Origin: Patescibacteria group bacterium
GTDB lineage: Bacteria > Patescibacteriota > Saccharimonadia > Saccharimonadales > JAZKJC01
Direction: 5' to 3'
Assembly: GCA_040384565.1 (NCBI GenBank)
Contig: JAZKJC010000008.1
Coordinates: 18,049-82,048 of the forward strand
DNA: 64,000 bases
Translations under genes and position numbers: made by a program
Notes under the pieces: model-generated
The model's database searches: none
Told to the model about the DNA's origin: nothing
Seen by the model: the letters and a program-made list of their open reading frames with translations, nothing else
Part shown: positions 38,193 to 47,632 of the stretch, in pieces
Numbering within the stretch: the stretch's first letter is position 1
Layout of the letters: every line of letters begins with the position of its first letter

Positions 38193-39218
38193 ATGCAACA
38201 GTATTTCCTCACCTATAGTTTATACTTTGTTGTAATGCCTCCCAGCTCAAATTCAGAAAATACACCTATATTGTTGCCTCCGGCCGATCAGTCTGGAAAG
38301 CACAGTCATCTTAAATATATTTTTCTTGCGCTTGCTTTTATTTGTGCGCCACTTTCGGTATCAATAAACCAGGCTGACATAGACTCAAATTCATTTTCCA
38401 CACTAGGATACGGACCATTTTCGGGGCTGATAAGAATATTGGGGGCTATTTTTGGAGGGATTTTTATATGGAAGCTGCTAAGAGAGAGTAAAGACAGCCC
38501 TCCCCCTCAAGCTGACAGGCTTACTAGAATACTCCTAAGCCTACTTACATTAGGAATCATTATTACGCCATTCATAATCTGCGATATTCAACCTATAGTC
38601 CGTGAGCGACAAGCCTTTAGAGATTATGAAAATACTTACGATACTATTATCGGTACCGGAACCAGACCAAAGGCACTGACTGAGTTTTATAATAATTTTC
38701 CTGCCGATGTATATATGCCCAAGTGGAAGACGGGTTCGGCTGTTAATAAGATGAGCGACAGGGCGGTAAAATACCATCTTGAGTATGCACCCTTGCAGCC
38801 TAATAATGACTATAAGGCTGGTGATGAAAGTCCGCTTAACAAACCAGAATACTTTATTGTCTATGTGACACATCCTGACAACGAGATTAAAAAATTTCTT
38901 AATCCACCCAGGAACTGTAGTATTGAAAATGCTATAAAATTGCTTCAAGGTACAGCAACTAGTAATACGCAAATGTATCCTTGTACTATTCTAGGGACTA
39001 ACTCTGTAGGGAGCCCTATCTACGGTGATACAGACTGGAAGTCTTTGAATGCTTTACCTGATAAGAAGTATGCTTTTACGATGTATGGTGAAGATAATAT
39101 TCATATTTTTGAACAATATGGTGATGCCGAGAATGTGTCTGGTGGTGAATTGAGTCAATTGCAAGCTTGGCAAGGAATCTACCGCAAATTTGACAACTAT
39201 GATTTTGATGCACGCTGA
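38193..39218 (+). CDS. Membrane protein, hypothetical
   Basis: Three N-terminal TM segments; likely start MPPSS about 38235. Confidence 0.65.
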   Translation: MQQYFLTYSLYFVVMPPSSNSENTPILLPPADQSGKHSHLKYIFLALAFICAPLSVSINQADIDSNSFSTLGYGPFSGLIRILGAIFGGIFIWKLLRESKDSPPPQADRLTRILLSLLTLGIIITPFIICDIQPIVRERQAFRDYENTYDTIIGTGTRPKALTEFYNNFPADVYMPKWKTGSAVNKMSDRAVKYHLEYAPLQPNNDYKAGDESPLNKPEYFIVYVTHPDNEIKKFLNPPRNCSIENAIKLLQGTATSNTQMYPCTILGTNSVGSPIYGDTDWKSLNALPDKKYAFTMYGEDNIHIFEQYGDAENVSGGELSQLQAWQGIYRKFDNYDFDAR

Positions 39219-39524
39219 GTGAGGGCAGCTCTAACTTCGTCCAGTATGCGAAGCTCATTTGCTCGACAAACTCAGTAATTCCTTAACAGCGTCAAGACTA
39301 TGTACGTCGAAATCAATACTACTTGTTCGCAACTCGTCTGCTATCGTGAGCCCTGGATTTTCTCATATTTTTCTAAAAGAATTAGGCGGGGGGAAATTCC
39401 GGACAATAGAAATGAGCCAAGCCGTAATAGATGAAGTCAGAACTGTTAATTCAGTTCTGACTCTTTATATGGGCATGCTGGATTTGAAACCAACAATAGC
39501 ATCTGCATCTGTTATCATTATGTA

Positions 39525-40061
39525 ATGAGTAGCCCTAGAGTTATTTTATTAAATGGTTTTGCTGGCTCGGGTAAAAGTACTATTGCTCGAATGTATGTTG
39601 ATAATCATCCGCTTGCAATGGTTATCGAAGGTGACGAACTCATTGTCAATATTGGCGACTGGCTGGATCATGAAGATGAAGCTCGTGACCTTGTTTTTGC
39701 ACTAACGAAAGAAATGCTCAGAGCTTCATTAAGCCTGGGCCATGATGTTATTATTCCTTATCTTGCCACAAACGCAGAAGAAGTTGCAGAATTAGAGCAA
39801 ATTGCTACAAGTAGTAATTCACGATTTTATGAATTTTATTTAGCCACTCACAAAGACCACGCCGTTCAAAGACTGTTAAATCGTGGAGCTTGGGGCGAAG
39901 CCGGCTTGCCGCCACTCACAAGCGATGACACCCCAAGAATTACGCAGCTTTATGAACACATGGAGGCTGCATTGCCTAAGCGCCCCAATCAAACACATGT
40001 TCAAATCAAAGAAGGAAGTCCAGTTGATACATATCAAGAAGTGCTAAAGTCCATTCAGTAG
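39525..40061 (+). CDS. P-loop kinase / AAA_33-like ATPase
   Basis: LLNGFAGSGKSTIA, GHDVII. Confidence 0.85.
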   Translation: MSSPRVILLNGFAGSGKSTIARMYVDNHPLAMVIEGDELIVNIGDWLDHEDEARDLVFALTKEMLRASLSLGHDVIIPYLATNAEEVAELEQIATSSNSRFYEFYLATHKDHAVQRLLNRGAWGEAGLPPLTSDDTPRITQLYEHMEAALPKRPNQTHVQIKEGSPVDTYQEVLKSIQ

Positions 40062-40120
40062 CTTAAGCATGCTAAATCTTGTTTTATAGCGGTTATAACT
40101 TCCTCTATTGTTGTGAGCCA
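40055..40120 (-). repeat. att-like repeat copy 3 encoding WLTTIEEVITAIKQDLACLSY*
   Basis: GCGGTTATAACTTCCTCTATTGTTGTGAGCCA on + strand. Confidence 0.8.
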
Positions 40121-40318
40121 GGCCAAGCAGAGTAAAGTTCAGGCCTGGTTCCTCTCCTCCTGGAGGGGCAAGCAGCCGAAAACTTGACCCGGTTCCGTGA
40201 CCGTTGTCCTTTCAATTTCTAGGCAAATTGTAGCCCTTAACAGGCTATTGACATCGCATTTGTTAAAGCATAAGCTTGAGAATGTAACTTAATATAAGGT
40301 AGTAAGGAAACAAGAAAT

Positions 40319-40918
40319 ATGCGCAAAAATACATTTAAGCACAGCTTGATTGCTGCTGTAGTGATGTTAACCATGTCTAGTGCGGTGCCAGTCTTGGCTG
40401 TGCCCCAACAGCCCGCACAAGCCCAAGAAGCACAACAAAATGCCCAAACACGCCAAGAAGCGGCTCAAACTAATGCCGAGGAACGGCGTGAAGCAGCCCA
40501 AACACGGCTGGCTGACGCCAAGCTAAAAGCTTGCCAGAACCGTGAAAAAGCGATCACTAATATAATGGCGCGGCTGGCTGATCGCGGTACTAAGCAACTT
40601 GACGTATTTACGAAGATTTCAGAACGAACCCAGGAATTCTACACGTCTAAGGGCAAAGTACTTAGTAACTACGACGCGCTCGTCGCGGAAGTAAATACCA
40701 AGAAAGCTGCTGCTGAAACAGCTGTCGACACAATCAAGAACACGAGCGTTGAGTTCGCATGTGATGGCGAAGATCCTAAAGGTGTTGTCTCTGCATTTAA
40801 AGAAAGCCTGAAAGCTGAAATTACGGCATTAAAAGATTACAAAACTGCCGTTAAAAACCTAATCGTAGGTGTTAAATCAGTCCAAGGCACAACATCGTCC
40901 GAAGGGAGCCAGCAATGA
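40319..40918 (+). CDS. Secreted coiled-coil protein
   Basis: Signal peptide, helical body with two Cys. Confidence 0.75.
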   Translation: MRKNTFKHSLIAAVVMLTMSSAVPVLAVPQQPAQAQEAQQNAQTRQEAAQTNAEERREAAQTRLADAKLKACQNREKAITNIMARLADRGTKQLDVFTKISERTQEFYTSKGKVLSNYDALVAEVNTKKAAAETAVDTIKNTSVEFACDGEDPKGVVSAFKESLKAEITALKDYKTAVKNLIVGVKSVQGTTSSEGSQQ

Positions 40919-41220
40919 AATTACGCACTAACCAATCAGGTTTTTCAGCTGTTGAGTTAATCATCATACTGGCTGTCGTGGCAGGTCTTGGTTTTGTAGG
41001 CTACACAGTGTACGACCGGCAACCAGATAAGAAAACGACTGACAACACCAGCCAGCAACCAAAGAATGAATCAGCCACCGCCACCGATGTAGGGTCAGCA
41101 CCGGAAATCAAATCTACCAGCGACCTAGACAAAGCCAGCGCCACGCTTGACCAAACCGACCCGGATGGCAGCAATAGTACGGACGCCAGTCAACTCGATA
41201 GCGAAGTGTCAACATTTTAG
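40915..41220 (+). CDS. Prepilin-type N-terminal cleavage/methylation protein
   Basis: NQSGFSAVELIIILAVV. Confidence 0.8.
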   Translation: MKLRTNQSGFSAVELIIILAVVAGLGFVGYTVYDRQPDKKTTDNTSQQPKNESATATDVGSAPEIKSTSDLDKASATLDQTDPDGSNSTDASQLDSEVSTF

Positions 41221-41234
41221 CTCCCTAGCAAATT

Positions 41235-41978
41235 ATGGGGCCATCTAGTCCAGACAAACCAACTGAGCCTATTGTGGTTCAGCCCACACCAGCGGTTTAT
41301 ACTAGTGAACTATTCCAAAAAGATGTTGTCCCAGTGCTCCCAAGCCCCAAGCAAAATCTTTTTGCTCGTATCGGCAATAAGAAGTTACTCGTTGCTGGGC
41401 TAGCTTTAGGCATGCTCATTTTAATAAGTGGCATAGCCTACGCTCAATTGAGTAGGTCCGGCAGCAAACTGCCTACAGACCAGCCATTGACAGAAAATCA
41501 ATCCGAAGAGTCTGTGTCAAACACACAAAGTGGCGATTTACCTCAAGGTGCCTCCGAACAACAGACACCTTCAGACGGTAGCAGCTCAACACCGTCAAAT
41601 ACTACTACGCAATCTACTACCGGTACCTCCGGTGGTTCAAGTTCGGGAGGAACAGGATCAACAACACCACCCAGTTCAGGTAGCGGCAGTACCCAAACGG
41701 CCCCTAAAACATATGAAATTAGCTATACCGATAGCTGCTATAGTCCGGCAAATGTAACCATCAAGAAAAACGATACCGTAAGGTTCACCAATAACAACAC
41801 TAAAAATATGTGGCCAGCGTCTGATAACCATCCGTGGCACACCCTCTACTCTGGGTTTGATGCCAATAACAGCATAGCTCCAGGCGGTTCATACTCATTT
41901 ACGTTTACAAAGACGGGCTCTTGGGGTTATCACGATCACCAAAAATCAAGTTGCACGGGCACAATCACTGTTCAGTAA
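41235..41978 (+). CDS. Membrane-anchored cupredoxin-like protein
   Basis: TM, S/T/G linker, VTIKKNDTVRFTN, WPASDNHP.H, GSWGYHDH. Confidence 0.8.
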   Translation: MGPSSPDKPTEPIVVQPTPAVYTSELFQKDVVPVLPSPKQNLFARIGNKKLLVAGLALGMLILISGIAYAQLSRSGSKLPTDQPLTENQSEESVSNTQSGDLPQGASEQQTPSDGSSSTPSNTTTQSTTGTSGGSSSGGTGSTTPPSSGSGSTQTAPKTYEISYTDSCYSPANVTIKKNDTVRFTNNNTKNMWPASDNHPWHTLYSGFDANNSIAPGGSYSFTFTKTGSWGYHDHQKSSCTGTITVQ

Positions 41979-42125
41979 GCCAAGAGATCATTAACAGGAA
42001 TAGACCTTATGGCTATGCAACAGTCTTTTTCTTTAGTAAAGTCTTCTTAACAGAGGTGAAGTGGTTAGTGTCCTTTTCCTATTTATAAAAAGTAAAATCC
42101 GTGCACTTATTGCTACAATTGGTCT

Positions 42126-44111
42126 ATGCTTAAACTCAGAGACTTACTACCTTTTGTACTTTTAGTGGTTCTATTGCTTCCTGCCATTGCAAACTCACAG
42201 TCGGTCTACATAAAAGACGAAACCGCAGGTGTTCTAAACCAACCCACTTTACCATCAAAGACAGTGGTTTTAACTTTTGATGACGGACCATCAGAATACA
42301 CTCCTGAAGTATTGGAAATACTCAGAGAAAAACAAGTGAAAGCCACCTTTTTTGTAGTTGGCAGTCAGGCTGTACAGCATAAGTTACTTAAGCAGATTTA
42401 TGATGAAGGCCATGAAATCGGCAACCACACCTATACCCATCTTGATTTATCCAAGGCTCCCAATTGGCGTATGAAACTGGAGCTAAACATAACCCGCATT
42501 ATCATAACGTCCCAGACAAACCACTCTACTAGGTTATTCCGTCCGCCTTTGCTTGGGTCTGACGCGCTAACACCGGAAGCACGTTCAATAGTTAATAAAG
42601 CTGCGGACCTTGGCTATATAACGGTTGGTGAAACAATTGATTCAGAGGACTGGCGCAAACCTGGTACGCAAAAACTCATCGCCAATGCCACAGACGAAAG
42701 CGGTGGAATTATTCTGTTGCATGACGGTGGTGGTGACCGCAGCCAAACAGTCAAAACATTACCGGAAATCATAGATTACTACCAAAAACATGACTACAAA
42801 TTTATGACCATAAACCAAGCCCTTGGCATTTCCAGGCAGGATGTCATGCCTGCGCTATCAACAACTGATCGTCTGCTTGCCATACTTGCTAAAGTAGTTA
42901 TAACAGCTGTTTCCTGGATAGGTACCGGGCTGCGGTGGTTTATCATTATACTAATTGTTGCCAGTTTTGGACGATTTTTCATAGTTACCGTTGCCGCTTT
43001 GATTCAGTCTCGACGCAAGTTCAAGCTGGATACAACCGAGAATCTTCCATGCAGTATCTTAATACCGGCCTACAACGAGTCAGCGGTTATACAAAGCTGC
43101 CTTAAGTCCGTGCTTGCTAGCAACTACACTCGTTTTGAAGTTCTGGTAATTGATGATGGCTCTAAAGATAACACTTATGAGTTGGCAAATGAAGTCCAAG
43201 ATCCCCGTCTTCGTGTATTACGTAAAGAAAATGGCGGCAAAGCCTCGGCACTCAATTATGGCATTGCCGAGGCGAGGGCACCTTTTCTGATCGCCATTGA
43301 TGCTGATACTGTTTTTAGGACTCGTACAATAGCTAAACTGATGCGTCACTTTGCCAACCCTAGAGTGGGAGCGGTCTCCGGTAATACTAAAATTGTGAAT
43401 CGGCACAAACTGATCACCAAACTGCAGTCGTTAGAATACATTGTGGGGTTTAACCTAGACCGGCGCATGGGGGATCTGTTTGATTGTATTACGGTGGTTC
43501 CGGGGGCGGTTGGCGCATTCAGAAAATCGGCCATCAATAGAATAGGTGGTTTTACGTTTGATACGCTGGCAGAGGACACTGACCTTACTCTTTCAATCAA
43601 AGAAACTGGCTACAAAATAGTTTACGATGCTGAGGCGGTAGCATTGACTGAAGCACCAGCGACTATCCGGGACTTGCTGAAGCAACGCTTCCGCTGGACG
43701 TTCGGCACCATGCAAGCTATCTGGAAACATAAGCGATCGTTCCTTAATCCAAGACGTGGCAGCCTCGGCATGATCGGCTTGCCGTATCTCTTATTCTTCC
43801 AGATAATCTTTCCGCTGTTTAGCCCCTTGTTTGACCTAGCGCTTATAATCGGGCTTATAAACCATCATTATAAGCTAATGGTGGTCAGCTTTGTAGTCTA
43901 TACGGTAGTCGACATTCTTACGGCTGCGATAGCACTGCGGCTAGATAGTGAAAAACTTCGTAATCTCTGGATCCTTATTCCACAAAGGATTCTTTACAGA
44001 CAGCTTATGTACTACGTGATCGTACGCTCATTTATAAACGTACTGAGAGGCAGATTGGTACACTGGGGCAAACTGGAGCGCAAAGGCACTCACTTAGCTA
44101 AGAGCTTGTAG
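42126..44111 (+). CDS. Bifunctional polysaccharide deacetylase / GT2 (PgaC/IcaA-like) synthase
   Basis: LTFDDGP, HEIGNHTYTH, LLHDGGG; DDGS, DADT, AEDTD, QRFRW. Confidence 0.92.
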   Translation: MLKLRDLLPFVLLVVLLLPAIANSQSVYIKDETAGVLNQPTLPSKTVVLTFDDGPSEYTPEVLEILREKQVKATFFVVGSQAVQHKLLKQIYDEGHEIGNHTYTHLDLSKAPNWRMKLELNITRIIITSQTNHSTRLFRPPLLGSDALTPEARSIVNKAADLGYITVGETIDSEDWRKPGTQKLIANATDESGGIILLHDGGGDRSQTVKTLPEIIDYYQKHDYKFMTINQALGISRQDVMPALSTTDRLLAILAKVVITAVSWIGTGLRWFIIILIVASFGRFFIVTVAALIQSRRKFKLDTTENLPCSILIPAYNESAVIQSCLKSVLASNYTRFEVLVIDDGSKDNTYELANEVQDPRLRVLRKENGGKASALNYGIAEARAPFLIAIDADTVFRTRTIAKLMRHFANPRVGAVSGNTKIVNRHKLITKLQSLEYIVGFNLDRRMGDLFDCITVVPGAVGAFRKSAINRIGGFTFDTLAEDTDLTLSIKETGYKIVYDAEAVALTEAPATIRDLLKQRFRWTFGTMQAIWKHKRSFLNPRRGSLGMIGLPYLLFFQIIFPLFSPLFDLALIIGLINHHYKLMVVSFVVYTVVDILTAAIALRLDSEKLRNLWILIPQRILYRQLMYYVIVRSFINVLRGRLVHWGKLERKGTHLAKSL

Positions 44112-44544
44112 GCCGGTGAGCCCGACCGTAATCACTCTTGCCGGGTTGGTTGGTTAGACCTTGGTCAGATTTTGTGGGAGCTGTAGTTGTCGGTGTTGTC
44201 GTAGTGTTGGGCGTAGTTTCGCCTGTGGTAGATAGAGGATTAAAACTAGGCTGTGAAGCTTCAGACGGTGGCGGAGTACTGGGATTGGATAATTGAGATG
44301 ATCCGCCTGATGTCTGCCGCCTATCTGATAAGGATGTATTTGATGGCTGGGATGTTTGCACAGACTTAATCTGTGGCTCACCGGCGCCAAAAGTCTTCGG
44401 CAGATTGAAGCTACTCCAGTTTGGTAAGTATAGTAGCGCACCCACGCTTAGTAGAACTAAGGGTAGAGCTGCAGTAGAACCGAGCAGGCCAGTACCAAGC
44501 TTAATTTTGCGCCAACGCTTACCTGTTTCATCTAAGAAAACCAT
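44098..44544 (-). CDS. Membrane-anchored low-complexity hypothetical protein
   Basis: VFLDETGKRWR, TM, S/T/P tail. Confidence 0.7.
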   Translation of the reverse strand: MVFLDETGKRWRKIKLGTGLLGSTAALPLVLLSVGALLYLPNWSSFNLPKTFGAGEPQIKSVQTSQPSNTSLSDRRQTSGGSSQLSNPSTPPPSEASQPSFNPLSTTGETTPNTTTTPTTTAPTKSDQGLTNQPGKSDYGRAHRPTSS

Positions 44545-44579
44545 AGTATAATTTTACAATATTACCTTTTTATTATTAA

Positions 44580-44645
44580 CTAGGCCCACTGAACAGTAAT
44601 TATGCCCGTGCAGCCAGGTTTCAAGTGATCATTATACCCCCATGA
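44580..44645 (-). pseudogene. Remnant 3' end of a cupredoxin-like gene
   Basis: Reads SWGYNDHLKPGCTGIITVQWA*, matching SWGYHDHQKSSCTGTITVQ* of 41235-41978. Confidence 0.75.
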
Positions 44646-44970
44646 TGCTGGATGAGCAAACTTCTGTAGTGGTCCAATACACCGAGGACGGTTCTTGGGG
44701 AGTATTTTTGGCTTGCACTCGTCTGGTGTCAAGTACCAAGAGATTGGTGTAGCCGTTAACTGTGGTACTTGGTAAGCCCCTGGTCACCATGTCCTGCTGA
44801 TCTTTGAGGTCAATAGCACCATACCATTTTATGTCTCATTACCTTTCTTAAAGGTTCGAGACCCTTATGCGGAGCTATAGAACTAGAATAGACATTGCAC
44901 CTACAAAGGAGCACGCGCCTATGTATCCGTCACTGTAATTATAGTGTTTTGGATATGGTAAAATTACTTT

Positions 44971-45246
44971 ATGAGCTTGATACAAAATGACCTACGAGAA
45001 ATTCGCACTATAGTGCATTCTGTTGTGCAAGAAGTGGTTGAGCCTCTCATTACGCCTTTGTCAAATGAAATTCAGGTTCTCCGAAATGACATAAAAGAAA
45101 TATACGATATGCTCTCTGAACTTCAATCTACGAAAATTACAGATAAAGAATTCAAAAAACGATCACTAGAAGAAAAGTTACTGACACTGAATGCTGAACT
45201 TTTGGCCGCCGCCAAGCAAGCTGACATATCATTGCCCCGTAATTAA
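44971..45246 (+). CDS. Small coiled-coil hypothetical protein
   Basis: Heptad pattern. Confidence 0.7.
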   Translation: MSLIQNDLREIRTIVHSVVQEVVEPLITPLSNEIQVLRNDIKEIYDMLSELQSTKITDKEFKKRSLEEKLLTLNAELLAAAKQADISLPRN

Positions 45247-45263
45247 GATGCTGACCTAAGCAA

Positions 45264-45545
45264 ATGCAAAATATAATTATGACCAGACATGGAATAGCAA
45301 CTGGTGTTGCGCATAAAGTACCAGCAGATTTACGCAAAGCTTTGCTGTCTGATGAGTCTGCCTTAGAAAGATGGGAGGACTTAACGCCTCTGGCGCGTAA
45401 TGAGTGGATCTGCTGGACTATAAACGTCAAGACAGATGAAACTAGGAAAAAACACGTAGATAGGGTTGTCACGGAGCTTTTGGAAGGCATGCGTCGGCCT
45501 TGTTGTTGGGTTGGCTGCATGCATCGTTCAAAAACAAAAAAGTAG
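45264..45545 (+). CDS. YdeI/OmpD-associated family protein
   Basis: VPADLRKAL, WEDLTPLARNEWICW, ETRKKH, RRPCCWVGC. Confidence 0.85.
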   Translation: MQNIIMTRHGIATGVAHKVPADLRKALLSDESALERWEDLTPLARNEWICWTINVKTDETRKKHVDRVVTELLEGMRRPCCWVGCMHRSKTKK

Positions 45546-45568
45546 CTATTTGGGTATATACTGAAGCT

Positions 45569-45778
45569 ATGCAAAAACTAGCTACAAAAGTATTTATTAT
45601 CTCATCGATTTTATTTGGTATTTTGGGAATCTTAATGGTACTGACTGGAACAGACCCAGACGAGAACAGCACCGGCTTGACACTCGTCATTACCAAACTG
45701 TTTATGACAACTGTCTTCGTTATCTTAACTTCATTTGCTCTGAGTGTTGCGGGCAAATACTTAGACGGCAAAAAGTAG
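45569..45778 (+). CDS. Small two-TM membrane protein
   Basis: MQKLATKVF..., two hydrophobic helices. Confidence 0.65.
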   Translation: MQKLATKVFIISSILFGILGILMVLTGTDPDENSTGLTLVITKLFMTTVFVILTSFALSVAGKYLDGKK

Positions 45779-45805
45779 TTAATAAGTTTAAAGGGAGGTT
45801 ATGCT

Positions 45806-46264
45806 ATGAAGATAATTACACCTAATCTATGGTACGACGGCAATGCTAAAGAGGCTGTTGATTTCTACGTTTCAGTGTTCCCGGACAGTAAAGTGATCTC
45901 CACGATGTATTATCCAAACAGTGCCGAGGAAGGTTTGGCTGATTTTCAAAAAGACCTTGCTGGTAAGGTTTTAACAATTGAATTCGAACTGAGCGGCAAC
46001 CGTTTTGTTGCTATCAATGCCGGGCCGGAGTTTAAGTTCAATGAATCAGTATCGTTTTCTATCCCATGCGAAGACCAGGCGGAGATTGACTACTATTGGG
46101 AAAAGCTATCAAAAGTCCCAGAATCCGAGCAGTGCGGTTGGTGCAAAGACCAGTATGGATTGAGCTGGCAGGTAGTACCCAAAAACATGGAAGAGTTAAT
46201 GAAAAAACCGGGCGCTTATGCCAAAATGATGCAGATGCACAAAATTGTTATTGACGATTTCTAG
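45806..46264 (+). CDS. VOC family (PhnB / 3-demethylubiquinone-9 methyltransferase-like)
   Basis: ITPNLW, AVDFYVSVF, QCGWCKDQYGLSWQV. Confidence 0.9.
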   Translation: MKIITPNLWYDGNAKEAVDFYVSVFPDSKVISTMYYPNSAEEGLADFQKDLAGKVLTIEFELSGNRFVAINAGPEFKFNESVSFSIPCEDQAEIDYYWEKLSKVPESEQCGWCKDQYGLSWQVVPKNMEELMKKPGAYAKMMQMHKIVIDDF

Positions 46265-46686
46265 TAGCTTAATCTTTCTAAAACGCCACGGCGTTTGACG
46301 ATGTTTTTGTAGTCCCACTGGATTGTTTTGGACTTTTCTAGCCAACGCTTTAGGTCGTCAATGTTAACTTGATCAGGAGCGATGTAGCGGGCTTCGGCAG
46401 CTTTGAAGCTGCCTTCTGGTAGCAAACCGGCTTCGTCAAACGACTGGCCGCTCCAAAATAATAACCTTACGCAGTTTTTTAATACATCGTACCCGGCAAC
46501 CGGGTTGCCCTCTAAAAACCAAACAGGCGCGCCATGCCATATTTTACTTTCTGCTTCGGGCAAGTTGCTGTCAATTTCTTTTGCCAGCAACACACAAATA
46601 GCTTTTTCGGCTTTTGCCTGAGAATCGTTAAAAGTCTTAATATCTTTCTTCATCATTATTAATAATACATTACTGACAAAGCACAA
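46261..46686 (-). CDS. DUF1801 domain protein
   Basis: SKIWHGAPVW, VRLLFWSG, WLEKS..IQWDY; start likely about 46656. Confidence 0.85.
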   Translation of the reverse strand: MCFVSNVLLIMMKKDIKTFNDSQAKAEKAICVLLAKEIDSNLPEAESKIWHGAPVWFLEGNPVAGYDVLKNCVRLLFWSGQSFDEAGLLPEGSFKAAEARYIAPDQVNIDDLKRWLEKSKTIQWDYKNIVKRRGVLERLSY

Positions 46687-46695
46687 CGCTAACAG

Positions 46696-47526
46696 TTGAG
46701 AAATACGTCCACTGCGAAGAAGCTAAGTTTTACTATATATCCTTTTGATGATATTCTATATTTAATGGCCCCTGTAGACGCTCAGTCCGCGCGACTTAAT
46801 AATTTCGGCGCTCTTGTGCAGAGCGCTTGGACTGATTTTGCCGAAAGTGAGCATAGATTCAGGCTATGTATTTCCACGATTGCCGCCTTAGGGACAATTG
46901 CGGTTAATGTTCCAAAGCTTCCTCTTGTGGGAGTACCTAACTTAGCCCTTGAGGCATTAGAGCATACGAATAGCCCCACCGTAACGGGTTTAATAACAGG
47001 AGCAATATTTGGAGCATGGACTTTAGGCGCGGCTAGCCTTGTTGACGCAGCTGGCAACCATTTCCCCAAGGTCAAACAAGTGGTAAGAGAGCGATTTTCG
47101 CGTGCTACAGATTTTTTGTCTAATACATTGCCGGGCTTCACATTCGAGGATGAGGACAGGCATGAACATAGAAGTCGAGCCAAACAACTGGGACATGGTG
47201 CCCTGACTCATATTAGACGTGGCCTGACAGTCTTAGGTATCGGCGCCGGGTTTTATGTAGGAACCGCTCAGATAGAGGAAAGGCCACGTCAAGAAATTCG
47301 TCGTTTACGGCGCTTAGCCGCTGGTGACGCGACCCTCATGATTGGTGGTTTATCTTGCGCGACTACCGCTATAGTCACAAAAATAACTGAGAAAGATCCG
47401 GCACTGGCTGAACGGATTCAAGATGGAGCAACTGATTCAAAAATACTGGTAGGTCTGGCGGTTAGCCTGCTGGTAAGTCAAGGGCTTAATAAGAGACGAC
47501 ACAAACGCCAACTCGGCCAGGTATAA
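46696..47526 (+). CDS. Membrane hypothetical protein
   Basis: Several hydrophobic segments; start likely about 46765. Confidence 0.6.
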   Translation: MRNTSTAKKLSFTIYPFDDILYLMAPVDAQSARLNNFGALVQSAWTDFAESEHRFRLCISTIAALGTIAVNVPKLPLVGVPNLALEALEHTNSPTVTGLITGAIFGAWTLGAASLVDAAGNHFPKVKQVVRERFSRATDFLSNTLPGFTFEDEDRHEHRSRAKQLGHGALTHIRRGLTVLGIGAGFYVGTAQIEERPRQEIRRLRRLAAGDATLMIGGLSCATTAIVTKITEKDPALAERIQDGATDSKILVGLAVSLLVSQGLNKRRHKRQLGQV

Positions 47527-47632
47527 AATCTTATAGCTATAAGTTTCCAAGCAATATTTCTGTGCGTAGAGAAGCTTAATTGCTAAATACTTGACAAAAT
47601 CTAACCAGTAAATTTAAAAGCCGGTATACTGT

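Noticed and set aside
39259-39525. 88-aa plus-strand ORF
   Set aside because: No recognisable features; region is better explained by att remnants on the minus strand
37411-40120. The three about 32-bp repeats as CRISPR repeats or classical integron attC sites
   Set aside because: Spacing is 0.7-2 kb, they are not palindromic, lack RYYYAAC/GTTRRRY ends, and no tyrosine integrase is present
40904-40911. Another GGGAGCCA att core
   Set aside because: Lies inside a coding junction (EGSQQ*/ATG overlap) with no tail-like reading frame; probably chance
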